In this document: piece after piece, positions 46,444 to 56,648 of the stretch | How the letters are laid out: every line of letters starts with the position of its first letter | Numbering within the stretch: position 1 is the stretch's first letter | Origin: Clostridia bacterium | Lineage (GTDB): Bacteria > Bacillota > Clostridia > Christensenellales > Aristaeellaceae | DNA length: 64,000 bases | Assembly: GCA_036645575.1 (NCBI GenBank) | Contig: JAVXNW010000001.1 | Location: 11,896-75,895 of the forward strand | Reading direction: 5' to 3' | Notes under the pieces: model-generated | What the model saw: the letters and a program-made list of their open reading frames with translations, nothing else | Told to the model about the DNA's origin: nothing | The model's database searches: none | Translations under genes and position numbers: made by a program

Positions 46444-47217
46444 GTGACCATGGCCGGCACGGGCGCGCGTTCGATCAAGCTCAACACCGACACGGGTTTC
46501 CTCAAGATCATTGCGATTCTCACGATGTTTTGCGACCATATTGGCGTGGCGTTTTTTCCGCAGCTGCCCATTTTTCGCGCCATCGGGCGGATCAGCTTTC
46601 CGCTATTTGCCTACTGCATTGCGGTGGGATGCGTATACACCAAGAACGCGGGGCGGTACGCGCTGCGCATCCTGCTCTTGGCGCTCATCTCCCAGCCCAT
46701 CTACTGCTTTGCGCTTTCGCACGCGTCGCCCGCGATGAGGGCGATCGAGGCGCAGCCGTTTACGCTGGCCAACGCGCTCACGTGGTACGCGCTGAGCCTT
46801 CAATACGCCAACATCCTCTTTACGCTTTTGCTGGGTATTTTGATGATCACCAGCATTAAAAAGCAAAAATACTTGGTCACGGCGGTGCTGACCCTTGGCG
46901 TGTGGTACCTGTCGTCCTCGATCAATTACGGGTGGCGCGGCGTCGCGCTGATGCTGTTGTTTTATGCGTTTCTCGATCGTCCCGCGGCATCGGTGGTGTG
47001 GGTGGCGGGGTTCATGGCTTGGTGGGGCATAGCGGGCGGCGGCAGTTACCACTTTATGGGGGTGCGTTTTTCCTCGCAGCTCTTTGCGCTCTTGGCGCTC
47101 CCGCTCATCTACCTTCCGACCAGGACCAACATCAAGCTGCCCAAATGGCTGTTTTACCTGGTTTATCCCGCGCATTTGGCCGTGATTTACGGCGTCTCGC
47201 AACTGCTTGCCAAGTGA
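46444..47217 (+). CDS. TraX family membrane protein
   Basis: Motif FLKIIAILTMFCDHIGVAFF. Polytopic, 257 aa. Confidence 0.7.
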   Translation: MTMAGTGARSIKLNTDTGFLKIIAILTMFCDHIGVAFFPQLPIFRAIGRISFPLFAYCIAVGCVYTKNAGRYALRILLLALISQPIYCFALSHASPAMRAIEAQPFTLANALTWYALSLQYANILFTLLLGILMITSIKKQKYLVTAVLTLGVWYLSSSINYGWRGVALMLLFYAFLDRPAASVVWVAGFMAWWGIAGGGSYHFMGVRFSSQLFALLALPLIYLPTRTNIKLPKWLFYLVYPAHLAVIYGVSQLLAK

Positions 47218-47223
47218 TTGCGG

Positions 47224-48537
47224 CTACTTTTCAGGAAGCGTGACGGTAAAGCGGCTGCCCTTGCCCGGTTCTGATTCGACCTCGATCGTGCCCGAACAAA
47301 TGTCCACGATGCGCTTGACCAGCGGAAGCCCCAGCCCGCTTCCGCCGGTGTGGTGGCTTGCGTCGGCCTGATAAAATTTTTCAAAGATGCGCTCGGTGGT
47401 GGCCTTGTCCATGCCGGGGCCGGTGTCTGAGATCGCGACGATGGCGCAGGCGCGCGCGCGCGTCAGCGACACAAAGAGCTTGCCGCCCTCGGGCGTAAAC
47501 TTGATCGCGTTTTCGAGCAGGTTGCGCCAGACCTGAGAGAGCAGTTCCTCGTAAGCCGATAGCGTCACCCGGCCAAGCGACACGTCGATGGTCTGTTTTT
47601 TGCGTTCAATCTGCGGATGACAGGCGTTGATTAGGCGGCGCAATTGCTCGTCGAGCGAAAAAGGCGTGCGCACGGCGTCGGGCGGTTGGCTCTCAAGGCG
47701 GGTCAACTTGAGCAAGTTGTCAGACAGGCTCGACAGGCGCGCGCTCTCCTCTGAGATGGCGCGCGCAAACTCGCGCCGCTCGTCGCTCGGCAGATCGTCG
47801 CACTGGAGCAGGCGCGCGTAGCCGCTGATCGAAGAAACCGGCGTCTTGAGTTCATGGGAGAGGTTGCCGGTGAAATCCCGGCGCAAGTATTCGACATTTT
47901 TGAGTTCGCGCGCCATGCGGTTGAAGTTTTCGGTCAATTCCGCAATCTCCTCAATGCCGCCCGCGAACCGCGCCTGCTGGAGATTTAAGCTTACGTCGAA
48001 ATTCCCCTTGGCGACTTGGCGCGTCGCGCGGGTCAGGTTGACAAGCGGCAGCGCGAGCCGCCGCGAGATCAGGTACACGAGCAGAAGCCCCAGCGCGATC
48101 AGGATCAAATTGCCGCCCAGCGAGCGCAAAATCGCGCTGAGCAGAACCCGGCTGGCCGGATAGGCCTCGACCGCGATGGCGGTTTTGCCCAGCGCGAAAT
48201 ACAGCGTCTTGCCCATAAAAAAGCCGGTGCTCACGCTCTCGCCGCGCGCGATGGCCTCGCCCTGCGCCTGCGTAAGGTGATCCCACGGCACCTCGTGGAT
48301 TCGGTAGTCGGCGGGCGAGAGCACCTCGATTGCCTCGGCGGGCGTGATGGCGGTTCGCACGACCAGATCGGTCGCCATCTTGCGCAGCGCCTGTTGGTTG
48401 ATCATGAGTTCGCTGTCGATAAAGCCCACGCACATGAACGCGGTCACCGTGCTCGATAGCAGGATGGACACGAGCAGCACCTTGACGAAATAGCCGACCA
48501 GCTTGCGCTTAAAGCGGTGGAGCGGCAATTTAGGCAT
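47224..48537 (-). CDS. sensor histidine kinase (TM-HAMP-HisKA-HATPase)
   Basis: H-box SHELKTPVSSI and G-box GGSGLGLPLVKRIV. Overlaps the response regulator gene by 8 nt. Confidence 0.85.
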   Translation of the reverse strand: MPKLPLHRFKRKLVGYFVKVLLVSILLSSTVTAFMCVGFIDSELMINQQALRKMATDLVVRTAITPAEAIEVLSPADYRIHEVPWDHLTQAQGEAIARGESVSTGFFMGKTLYFALGKTAIAVEAYPASRVLLSAILRSLGGNLILIALGLLLVYLISRRLALPLVNLTRATRQVAKGNFDVSLNLQQARFAGGIEEIAELTENFNRMARELKNVEYLRRDFTGNLSHELKTPVSSISGYARLLQCDDLPSDERREFARAISEESARLSSLSDNLLKLTRLESQPPDAVRTPFSLDEQLRRLINACHPQIERKKQTIDVSLGRVTLSAYEELLSQVWRNLLENAIKFTPEGGKLFVSLTRARACAIVAISDTGPGMDKATTERIFEKFYQADASHHTGGSGLGLPLVKRIVDICSGTIEVESEPGKGSRFTVTLPEK

Positions 48538-49210
48538 GGTTTTCCACCTCCGCCCGATAGCCCAGCCCGCGCACCGTGACGATCTTAAAATCGGTCACGT
48601 CGCCCAGCTTTTCGCGCAGGCGCTTGATGTGCACGTCCACCGTCCGCTCGTCGGTGTCGCAGCTGATGCCCCACACCTCATCCATCAGTTGACGCCGGGT
48701 GAGCAGCCTGTTGGGATAGGACAACAGCATGAACAACAGCGCAAATTCCTTTCGCGGCAGCACCCTGAGCGCGCCGTCTACGCTGAGCGTCCAGTCCTCG
48801 TCGCTCAAGACGACGCGCCCCAGATGGATCTTGTGCGCCAATTGGATGTTCGCCCGGCGAAAGAGCGCCTTGACGCGCAAGAGCAATTCGTCTAAATCGA
48901 CCGGCTTTACCATGTAGTCGTCCGCGCCCGCGAGAAAGCCCAGCTGCTTGTCGGTAAAGTCGCCCTTGGCGGTCACAATCAAGATGGGCAGCGCGCGATC
49001 ATACGTGCGCAGCGCGCGCGTCAGCTCGTACCCGTCCATGCGCGGCATCATCAGATCGCAGATCACCAGGTCCATCTTGCACTCCTTGATTAGCTCGAGC
49101 GCCGCAAGCCCGTCCTCGGCTCCGTGCGCCTCATAGCCGTTGATGCGCAAAAAAGCGCACATCATCTTGCGCTGCGCCTGATCGTCCTCGACAACCATGA
49201 CCCGAAACAT
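48530..49210 (-). CDS. OmpR-family response regulator
   Basis: Start at internal ATG 49210 (MFRVMVVEDD...). Receiver domain plus winged helix (TVDVHIKRLREKL, VTVRGLGYR). Confidence 0.9.
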   Translation of the reverse strand: MFRVMVVEDDQAQRKMMCAFLRINGYEAHGAEDGLAALELIKECKMDLVICDLMMPRMDGYELTRALRTYDRALPILIVTAKGDFTDKQLGFLAGADDYMVKPVDLDELLLRVKALFRRANIQLAHKIHLGRVVLSDEDWTLSVDGALRVLPRKEFALLFMLLSYPNRLLTRRQLMDEVWGISCDTDERTVDVHIKRLREKLGDVTDFKIVTVRGLGYRAEVENHA

Positions 49211-49392
49211 AAGCGACGCCCCTCTTTCTATTTTAAGCCAGCATAGCACGAAAATATGAACAGAATATGAATTGTTCGGGCGCAACACAATGAAAAAGTT
49301 GCGCGCGCCTGCGTTCATGTTGTGTTCACATAGGGCGCGTATGATAAACCAAACGTTGGGTTTCGCGGACTACGAGGATAGGGGGGATACCT

Positions 49393-50274
49393 GTGCGCGC
49401 TTTGACGACAAATTATCGCATACTGACCGACGCGACCGCCGACCTTTTGCCACAGGTCGCTCGGGAAGTGGACATGATCCCGATGCAGTTGGCCATTGGC
49501 GGGGAGAGCCTGTGCTATGCGGGCGATTGGGACGCGGCGCGTCGGCACGCGTTTTACGAACGCCTTCGCGCGGGCGACATGCCGTCCACCTCGCAGATCA
49601 CGCCCTTTGCGTATGAAGCGGCCTTTTCAGCGCCGCTCTCCGAGGGCGAGGACGCGCTGTACCTCTGCTTTTCATCCGGGCTCAGCGACACGATCGCGTC
49701 GGCGCAGCTGGCGCTTTCCGAGGTGAAGGCGCGGTTCCCCGAGCGGAAGTTCGAGCTGATCGACACGCTGTCGGCGACCTATCCGCAGGGCATGTTGGTT
49801 GCGGAAGCGGTCAAAAACCGCGCGCGCGGCATGACGCTTGAGGAAAATGGCGCGTGGATATTGGCGCATCTTCAGAAGATCGCCTGCTGGTTTACCGTGT
49901 CGGATCTCCTGTATCTGCGCAGGGGCGGGCGCATTCCGGCGGCGACCGCGCTGTTGGGCACCACGCTTCGCATCATGCCGATCCTGCACATCGATCAGGC
50001 GGGCAAGCTCCCGGTCATGGACAAGGTGCGCGGCCGCAAAGGCGCGCTGCACGCGCTGATCAAAAAAATGCAACAGACATTGGTCGATCCCGCCCACCAG
50101 CGCGTCTGCGTGGGGCACACCGATTCGCCGGAGGAGGCGCAGGCGCTGGCCGAACAGGTCAAAAGCGCCTTTCCCGCGCTCGAAGACGTGTTCGTCGGCG
50201 AGATCAGCCCGATCATCGGCGCGCACACGGGCCCCGGCGCGCTATGCGTGGTCTACTTTTCCGATGCGCGATAG
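49393..50274 (+). CDS. DegV family fatty-acid-binding protein
   Basis: 293 aa with a GTG start and the ILTDATADL ... TSQITP ... pattern. The 3' end overlaps the convergent cobC by ~33 nt. Confidence 0.85.
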   Translation: MRALTTNYRILTDATADLLPQVAREVDMIPMQLAIGGESLCYAGDWDAARRHAFYERLRAGDMPSTSQITPFAYEAAFSAPLSEGEDALYLCFSSGLSDTIASAQLALSEVKARFPERKFELIDTLSATYPQGMLVAEAVKNRARGMTLEENGAWILAHLQKIACWFTVSDLLYLRRGGRIPAATALLGTTLRIMPILHIDQAGKLPVMDKVRGRKGALHALIKKMQQTLVDPAHQRVCVGHTDSPEEAQALAEQVKSAFPALEDVFVGEISPIIGAHTGPGALCVVYFSDAR

Positions 50275-50943
50275 GACGCGCAGCACGCCGCCCTGCCACA
50301 CGGTCAAAAACCCCTCGCCATTTTTCACCTGATAGGTAAAATAATCCCGTCGCGGCATCGCCCGCTCGGACAGAATCGCCATGATCGTGCCGCCGTGCGC
50401 GACGATGGCGATTTCGTCTGCCGCCGCCTCACGAGATGCGCCCTTTTCGCAATACGCGCCCGCCTTTTCGCAAGATGCGCCCGCTTCTTCGCAAGATGCG
50501 CCCGCCTCGCAATACGCGCCCGCTTCTTCGCAATGCGCGTCTGCGTCCGCCTCGCGGGCTACGATCTGGTCAAACGCGCGCACGCAGCGCGCGGTAAACG
50601 CCTCGCGCGATTCGCCGCCGGGAAAGGGCAGCGTGCCGCCCGAGTCGAGCCACGCCTGATAATCGGCGCGGCCGTTGAGCGCCAAATAGTTTTTCCCCTC
50701 AAAGTCGCCAAAGTCGCATTCGCGAAGCGCGCCCATTTCCACGGTGGGAACGCCCGGGTAGATGCGCGCGGCGGTTTCGCGGCAGCGGCAAAGCGGGCTT
50801 GTGTAGACCAGGCGCGCGGGGGGATAGGCGCGCAAAGAGAGCGCCGAAGCGCCGCCGATGGTCAGCGGCTCGTCGGTCGTTCCGATGTAGCAGCCCTGCA
50901 AATTGCCCGCTGTCGCGCCGTGGCGAATGAAGGCGATCTTCAT
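50242..50943 (-). CDS. cobC: histidine phosphatase family protein (alpha-ribazole phosphatase CobC-like) with an internal Cys-containing heptad-repeat insertion
   Basis: ATG 50943 forms an ATGA overlap with cobS. Motifs FIRHGAT and IVAHGG are present. A ~45-aa insertion, HCEEAGAYCEAGASCEEAGASCEKAGAYCEKGAS, lies between them. Confidence 0.75.
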   Translation of the reverse strand: MKIAFIRHGATAGNLQGCYIGTTDEPLTIGGASALSLRAYPPARLVYTSPLCRCRETAARIYPGVPTVEMGALRECDFGDFEGKNYLALNGRADYQAWLDSGGTLPFPGGESREAFTARCVRAFDQIVAREADADAHCEEAGAYCEAGASCEEAGASCEKAGAYCEKGASREAAADEIAIVAHGGTIMAILSERAMPRRDYFTYQVKNGEGFLTVWQGGVLRVLSRIGKVDHA

Positions 50944-51704
50944 CCGATCAGCCCGCTTGCGACCGCGAAAATCGCGCAAGTCAATTCACACACCTGCAAA
51001 AACCACCCGGCGAGATCCCCGGTCGTCCCGCCGAATTTTTTGAGCGCCATATGGCGATACGCCCCTGCGCTCAGCGCGCACGCGCCCAGCATGAATAGAC
51101 CCGCGACAGGATGCAGCGCAAGCGCGCCCAGCGCGCACGCGGCGCAGCACACGACGAGCGCGCGCTGAACATTTTTTGCGTCGGCGCTTGCGCGGAAGCC
51201 GTCGAGCATGCCGCCCGGGCGCGCGCTGGGCAAGCGGAGCAGCAGGATGGCACTCAGCGCGCGGGACAGTACAAACCCGATCGCCCACACGCACGCAACG
51301 CGCCCAAAGGTCATGCGCGAGAGGAGCGCGGCATAAAAAAGCAGGTAGCCCGCGCAGCCGATCACGGCAAACGCGCCCACGTGGCTGTCCTTTAATATCT
51401 CAAGGCGCCTTTCGCGCGTCTGCCACGAGGCGATCGCGTCCATGGTGTCCATGAAGCCGTCCATGTGCAATCCGCCGGAAATAAAAAGCGGGATCAGGCA
51501 GCCGACTGCGCCGCGCAGAAATTCGCCCAGCGCCAGCGCGTCGCAAATCGCCAGCCAGATAAGCGACGCGCCCGCGATCACAAGGCCGACGACCGGGAAA
51601 AAGGCCATGCTCCATCGGCGGTTGTCGTCGCTAAAATCGACGTGCGGAACCGGCAACTTGGAATAGGTGCTCAGCGCAATCCACAGTGAGTTTAGAATGC
51701 GCAT
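50940..51704 (-). CDS. cobS: adenosylcobinamide-GDP ribazoletransferase (cobalamin synthase)
   Basis: 254 aa polytopic protein of the CobS family pattern. Overlaps the cobT end by 13 nt. Confidence 0.85.
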   Translation of the reverse strand: MRILNSLWIALSTYSKLPVPHVDFSDDNRRWSMAFFPVVGLVIAGASLIWLAICDALALGEFLRGAVGCLIPLFISGGLHMDGFMDTMDAIASWQTRERRLEILKDSHVGAFAVIGCAGYLLFYAALLSRMTFGRVACVWAIGFVLSRALSAILLLRLPSARPGGMLDGFRASADAKNVQRALVVCCAACALGALALHPVAGLFMLGACALSAGAYRHMALKKFGGTTGDLAGWFLQVCELTCAIFAVASGLIG

Positions 51705-52774
51705 GGCGGTTCCTCCTCGAAGTGCGCGTAGGGCGCGACGTGGATGCTTTCAAAGGTGCCCGCTTGGCGATAGACCGAAAGCGCCAGATCCAGGAGCGGA
51801 ACCAGCGTGATCGCGCCCGTGCCCTCGCCCAGCGCCATCTCCGCATGAATGATCGGCGCAAGACCCAGCGCGTCCAGCACCAGCCGGCTTGCCGGTTCGC
51901 GGCTCACGTGGGTCGCGATCATCGCGCGGCGCGACTCGGGGCACAGCCGATACGCGGTCAGCGCCGCCACGCCGGAAATAAACCCATCGATCAGCACCGG
52001 AACGCCCAGCAGCGCGCCGCCCAGAAACACCCCGGCCATCGCCGCGATGTCGTAGCCGCCCAGCTTTGAAAGCACGTCGAGCGCGTCCGTGGGATCGGGG
52101 CGATTGACCGATATCGCGCGCTCGATCGCGGAAATTTTGCGCAGAAGCCCCGCGTCGTCAAGGCCCGCGCCGCGCCCGGTCATCTCGACAATCGGGCGAT
52201 TCAGCAGGACATGCGCCATTGCGCTGGACGTGGTCGTGTTGCCGATCCCCATTTCGCCGGTGATCAGCAGCTTGTCGCCCGCCCGCACCCGCTCGCGGCA
52301 CAATTCGATCCCGACGTCGATCGCCGCACGCGCCTGCGCGCGGGTCATGGCCGGGCCTTGGGCGATATTTTCGGTGCCGCGCGCCGCCTTGCGCACGAGG
52401 ATCGCCCCGTGCGCGGACTCGGTCAGCATCCCTACGTCCACCGCAATCACGCGCGCGCCCGCCGCGCGCGCCATCGCGCAGATGTTGCCGTTTCCGGCGG
52501 CAATGCTCTCGGCCACCAGCGCGGTCACCTCCGCGCCCGACTGGGTCACGCCCTCTGAGACGACGCCGTTGTCGGCGCACAGAACCAGCACGCTCCTTTG
52601 CGACAGATCCACCTGCGCGGTATGCGCAAGGCCCGCGATCTGCACGATCAGTTTTTCGAGTTTTCCCAGGCTGTTTAGCGGCTTGGCGATCGCGTCCCAT
52701 TTTTCCTGCGCCCGGCGCGCCGCCGCTTCGTCGATTGGGCGCGCCTTAAATTGATTGTCCATCTCTTTGTCCAT
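51692..52774 (-). CDS. cobT: nicotinate-nucleotide--dimethylbenzimidazole phosphoribosyltransferase
   Basis: 360 aa with LLITGEMGIGNTTTSSA and GYDIAAMAG motifs. Confidence 0.9.
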   Translation of the reverse strand: MDKEMDNQFKARPIDEAAARRAQEKWDAIAKPLNSLGKLEKLIVQIAGLAHTAQVDLSQRSVLVLCADNGVVSEGVTQSGAEVTALVAESIAAGNGNICAMARAAGARVIAVDVGMLTESAHGAILVRKAARGTENIAQGPAMTRAQARAAIDVGIELCRERVRAGDKLLITGEMGIGNTTTSSAMAHVLLNRPIVEMTGRGAGLDDAGLLRKISAIERAISVNRPDPTDALDVLSKLGGYDIAAMAGVFLGGALLGVPVLIDGFISGVAALTAYRLCPESRRAMIATHVSREPASRLVLDALGLAPIIHAEMALGEGTGAITLVPLLDLALSVYRQAGTFESIHVAPYAHFEEEPPCAF

Positions 52775-52823
52775 CCCTTTGTCCTTCTCGCTATGCTTTG
52801 CGTATTATGACGGCCTATGCCGG

Positions 52824-53783
52824 CTATGGATCACAGCGATAAGGAGTATTCGCGCTGGACCCCTGTTTATCCTGCCGCGCGGGCGCTTCGAAAGGCGATT
52901 CCTTGTCCTGCGTATACCAATTGTTGCGGTAGGTATTGGGGGTCATGTGCTCGTGCTGCTTAAAGAGGTTGATGAAATAGCTGGGGTTGCCCACGCCCAC
53001 CTCGAGCGCGACCTCGCGAATGCTCTTGGGCGTCTCGCGCAACAGCTCCTTGGCCCGCGTCAGGCGCACAATCAGCAGGTATTCGTTGGGCGACAGGCCG
53101 ATACAGCGCTTGAACAGCTTTTGAAAGTAGTACTTGTCCATCGCATAGCGCTGGCTTAAGTCGTCCAGCGTGATCTTGCTTGCGTAGTGCTCCGACAGGT
53201 AGATCCGCGCGCGATGCACGCACTCGGGCATGCTCGCCGCGTCCGCGCGCTTGCGCTCGATGCAGTCCGCCATGATGCCGGTCAGGATCGCGGACGCGCG
53301 CACGTCCGACGCCGCCGTCGCGCCCTGTTCATACAGCGAAAGCAGCTGGCGAATCGATGTGGCGACGCAATTGCCCGGCGCAAGCTCCGCGACCACGCTC
53401 CCGTTGTTGAGGCGCAAAAACTGCTCGTAATACCAGCGACTGTTGGCGCCGGTAAAATGAACCCACAAGATGTGCCAGCGCCCCGTGTCGGGCGATGTGC
53501 CGTAGCTCTGCGGATGCTCGCAGTCGATCCACATGATGCTGCCCGGCGTCACCTCGTAATCCTGCCCGCCATAGGAAAGATAGCCCTTTCCGGAGAGCAC
53601 GTATTTGATCAGAAAGGAATCGAGCCCCTCGCGCCGGGTGAAGTAGCGCTCCCGCGCCGGGAAATCGCCCAGTTCCTGCACATAGATGAGCCCTTGGCGC
53701 GCCGAGACACTGGGCGTGACCGTGATCCAAGTGGAACCCTCGTCAAAATCCAGCGCGTATTGAAGCATGACCTTGCCCATCAA
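52824..53783 (-). CDS. AraC family transcriptional regulator (cupin sensor + HTH)
   Basis: C-terminal double HTH (KITLDDLSQRYAMDKYYFQKLFK ... SIREVALEVGVGNPSYFINLFK). Divergent from the ABC transporter operon. Confidence 0.85.
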   Translation of the reverse strand: MMGKVMLQYALDFDEGSTWITVTPSVSARQGLIYVQELGDFPARERYFTRREGLDSFLIKYVLSGKGYLSYGGQDYEVTPGSIMWIDCEHPQSYGTSPDTGRWHILWVHFTGANSRWYYEQFLRLNNGSVVAELAPGNCVATSIRQLLSLYEQGATAASDVRASAILTGIMADCIERKRADAASMPECVHRARIYLSEHYASKITLDDLSQRYAMDKYYFQKLFKRCIGLSPNEYLLIVRLTRAKELLRETPKSIREVALEVGVGNPSYFINLFKQHEHMTPNTYRNNWYTQDKESPFEAPARQDKQGSSANTPYRCDP

Positions 53784-54028
53784 AATCCCCCCTTTTAAAT
53801 AGATAACAAGATAATGATATTCAAAAACAATATAAAGTATTGATTTTACAATGGTACTCCTTTATAATAAACGCATGGTGTTGTTTTTGCAAATGGAATT
53901 GGTTAAAGTGTCGATTGAATTTGCTAAACGATTGCACGCCGCTTGTTTCAACGGCGAAAGGGACGAGGGCGACGAGCGCAATATCTTGTTGTTACAGGAT
54001 TGAATCAGACGGGCAAAGGAGCATGAGG

Positions 54029-55528
54029 ATGGCGAAGATTCTGCTGGAGCTGCACAATATCTCCAAGACCTTTCCGGGCGTAAAGGCGCTGGAAGATGTG
54101 CACTTTGCGCTGGAGGAGGGCGAGATTCACGCGCTGATGGGCGAAAACGGCGCGGGGAAATCCACCTTCATCAAGGTCATAACGGGCGTACACGCGCCGG
54201 ACCCGGGCGGGCACATGCTGCTGGACGGCAAAGAAGTGCATTTCCAGAACCCGCGCGAGGCCGCCGCGGCAGGCATTGCGGCGATCTATCAGCACTTGGC
54301 GGCCTATCCCGACCTGAGCGTCGCCGAGAACATCTTTATGGGGCACGAGCGGACGACCGGCCCGTTCAAGCGGATCAACTGGCGCATCACCAACCGCATG
54401 GCGCGGGAGCTGCTCGTGAGCCTGGGCTCTGAGATCAGCCCGACTGAGCGGATGGGCGTTTTGTCGGTTGCGCAGCAGCAGTTGGTCGAGATCGCCAAGG
54501 CGCTTTCGCAGAATGCGCGCGTGCTGATCATGGACGAGCCGACGGCGGCGCTGTCCAAGCGCGAGAGCGAGGACCTCTATGGCATCGTGCGCAAATTGCG
54601 CGATCAGGGAACGTCTGTCATCTTAATCAGCCACCGCTTTGAGGACATGTACAAGCTGGCCGACCGCGTGACGGTATTGCGCGACGCGAAGTACATCGGG
54701 ACTTGGCCGGTGGACGGCGTGTCAAACGACTTGCTGGTCAAGCACATGGTGGGTCGTTCAATCGACCAGTTCTTTCCGCACAAGAAAGCGGTGCCGGGAA
54801 AAGAGCTGTTGCGCGCGGAAAATCTTTCGCGAACCGGGTATTTTCGCGGCGTCAATTTTACGCTGCACGCAGGGGAGATCGTGGGGCTGACCGGCCTTGT
54901 GGGCGCCGGGCGCACCGAAGTGGTCGAGGCGCTGTGCGGCGTGACCAAATTGACCGGCGGCAGCATTTATTTGGAGGGAACGCCGGTCGTGCTGGACAGC
55001 CCCAACAAGTCGATGAAGCTGGGCGTGGGGCTGCTCCCCGAGGATCGGCAAAAGCAGGCGCTCCTGCTCCCGTGGTCTATCGGCAAAAACATCACGCTGC
55101 CCACGCTGGACAAGTTTAAAAAGCATGGACTGCTCAGCGCCAAGGCGGAGCGCCAGGAAGCCGACACATTGGCTAAAAAACTGTCGGTCAAGGCCACCAC
55201 GACAGAGGAGAGCGCGGAATCGCTCTCAGGCGGCAATCAGCAAAAGGTGGTCGTCGCCAAGCTCCTGTCAGGCAATACCAAGGTGCTGATCATGGACGAG
55301 CCCACCAAGGGCGTGGACGTGGGCAGCAAGGCCGCCATCTATCAGATCATGTGCGACCTGACCGCGCAGGGATATGGCATTTTGATGGTCTCCTCCGAAA
55401 TGCCGGAGGTCACCAACATGTGCGACCGCATACTGGTCATGCGCGAGGGACATCTTTCGGCGGAGTTTACCCACGCCGACGTCTCGCCCGAGGCCATATT
55501 GACGGCCGCAATGCCGCTTGACAAGTAG
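54029..55528 (+). CDS. sugar ABC transporter ATP-binding protein (CUT2, duplicated ABC domains)
   Basis: ATG 54029 follows AAAGGAG. Walker A GENGAGKST is present, with LSVAQQQ and LSGGNQQK signatures in the two halves. Confidence 0.9.
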   Translation: MAKILLELHNISKTFPGVKALEDVHFALEEGEIHALMGENGAGKSTFIKVITGVHAPDPGGHMLLDGKEVHFQNPREAAAAGIAAIYQHLAAYPDLSVAENIFMGHERTTGPFKRINWRITNRMARELLVSLGSEISPTERMGVLSVAQQQLVEIAKALSQNARVLIMDEPTAALSKRESEDLYGIVRKLRDQGTSVILISHRFEDMYKLADRVTVLRDAKYIGTWPVDGVSNDLLVKHMVGRSIDQFFPHKKAVPGKELLRAENLSRTGYFRGVNFTLHAGEIVGLTGLVGAGRTEVVEALCGVTKLTGGSIYLEGTPVVLDSPNKSMKLGVGLLPEDRQKQALLLPWSIGKNITLPTLDKFKKHGLLSAKAERQEADTLAKKLSVKATTTEESAESLSGGNQQKVVVAKLLSGNTKVLIMDEPTKGVDVGSKAAIYQIMCDLTAQGYGILMVSSEMPEVTNMCDRILVMREGHLSAEFTHADVSPEAILTAAMPLDK

Positions 55529-55573
55529 CCGCTTGGCCGCCTGACAAGTGAGTTTAAAAGGGAGGATCTGCCC

Positions 55574-56647
55574 ATGCAAAAGGGGAAGACGCGGATGCCC
55601 GTATATGCGCTGCTGATCAAATACCGCGAGATCGGCCTCATCTGTATACTGGCGCTGCTGGTGTTGGTCGTTGGGCTGCGCAACCCTTCGTTTGCCGCGC
55701 CGAGCAATCTCTTGTTCATCTTAGAGGACACCTCGATCATGGCGATACTGGCGTTTGGCATGATGTGCATTCTGCTGGTTGGTTCAATCGATATTTCCAT
55801 CGCGGCGATCATGGCCTTTTCCGCGATGACGGTGGGCATCATCATGCGCGGTATGCTCTCTGAAGTCGAGGTCAAGACGATGATCGACGGGGTCGAGCAG
55901 ATTGAGACCATTCGACAAAGCCTGCCCGTTGGCCTGCTGGTGGCCATCGGAATCGGCGTTGGCGCGGTGATCGGGCTGATCAACGGCGTGGTGATCGCCT
56001 ACGGAAACGTGCTGCCGATCGTCACGACGCTCGGGATGCAGTACATCGTCTACGGCGCGTGTCACGTCATCAGCGGCAGTCAAGCGGTCTACAAAAAGGA
56101 TATGTCGGAGGCCTTTGTGCAGTTTACCCGCGTGGAGCCGCTGGGCATAGACCTCAAGATTTGGATCATGGCGGCGGTGTTTTTGCTGCTCTACCTGTTT
56201 ATCACCTACATGCGCACCGGCCGCAACCTCTACGCGGTCGGCTCTAACCGCGAGGCCGCCGAGATGCGCGGCATTCCAGTCAATCGCCGCATCGTGCTGG
56301 CGCACGTCATCATGGGCGCGCTGGCGGGGCTGGCGGGGCTCATGTACGCCTCCCACGACACCAAGATCACCCAAGACATGGCCATGGGCTATGAAATGTA
56401 CGTGATCGCCGCCTGCGTCATTGGCGGCGTGTCGGTGACGGGCGGGTCGGGCAAGATCACCGGCGTGCTCCTGGGCGCGCTGACCATTGGCGTCATCAAC
56501 AACGGCCTTACGATGATGCGGCTCACCGGCAACTCCGAGTTCTGGAAAAAGGCGATTCAGGGCGCGCTCATCTTGGGCGCGGTCGTCTCAAATGTGGTGT
56601 TACAGCGCATCATGGACAAGCAGAACCTGAGAAGGAGGAACATTTGA
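55574..56647 (+). CDS. sugar ABC transporter permease
   Basis: 357 aa polytopic protein with RBS GGGAGGA. RbsC/LsrC-like. Confidence 0.85.
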   Translation: MQKGKTRMPVYALLIKYREIGLICILALLVLVVGLRNPSFAAPSNLLFILEDTSIMAILAFGMMCILLVGSIDISIAAIMAFSAMTVGIIMRGMLSEVEVKTMIDGVEQIETIRQSLPVGLLVAIGIGVGAVIGLINGVVIAYGNVLPIVTTLGMQYIVYGACHVISGSQAVYKKDMSEAFVQFTRVEPLGIDLKIWIMAAVFLLLYLFITYMRTGRNLYAVGSNREAAEMRGIPVNRRIVLAHVIMGALAGLAGLMYASHDTKITQDMAMGYEMYVIAACVIGGVSVTGGSGKITGVLLGALTIGVINNGLTMMRLTGNSEFWKKAIQGALILGAVVSNVVLQRIMDKQNLRRRNI

Positions 56648-56648
56648 G

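Noticed and set aside
46444-47217. TraX gene as a marker of a conjugative element
   Set aside because: There are no other tra/trb, relaxase, T4SS, integrase or att-like features nearby. TraX-family proteins are frequently chromosomal orphans.
52775-52823. Expected cobalamin riboswitch upstream of cobT-cobS-cobC
   Set aside because: Only 49 bp separate cobT from the upstream araC-family gene, which is far too short for a B12 riboswitch. No B12-box-like sequence was seen.
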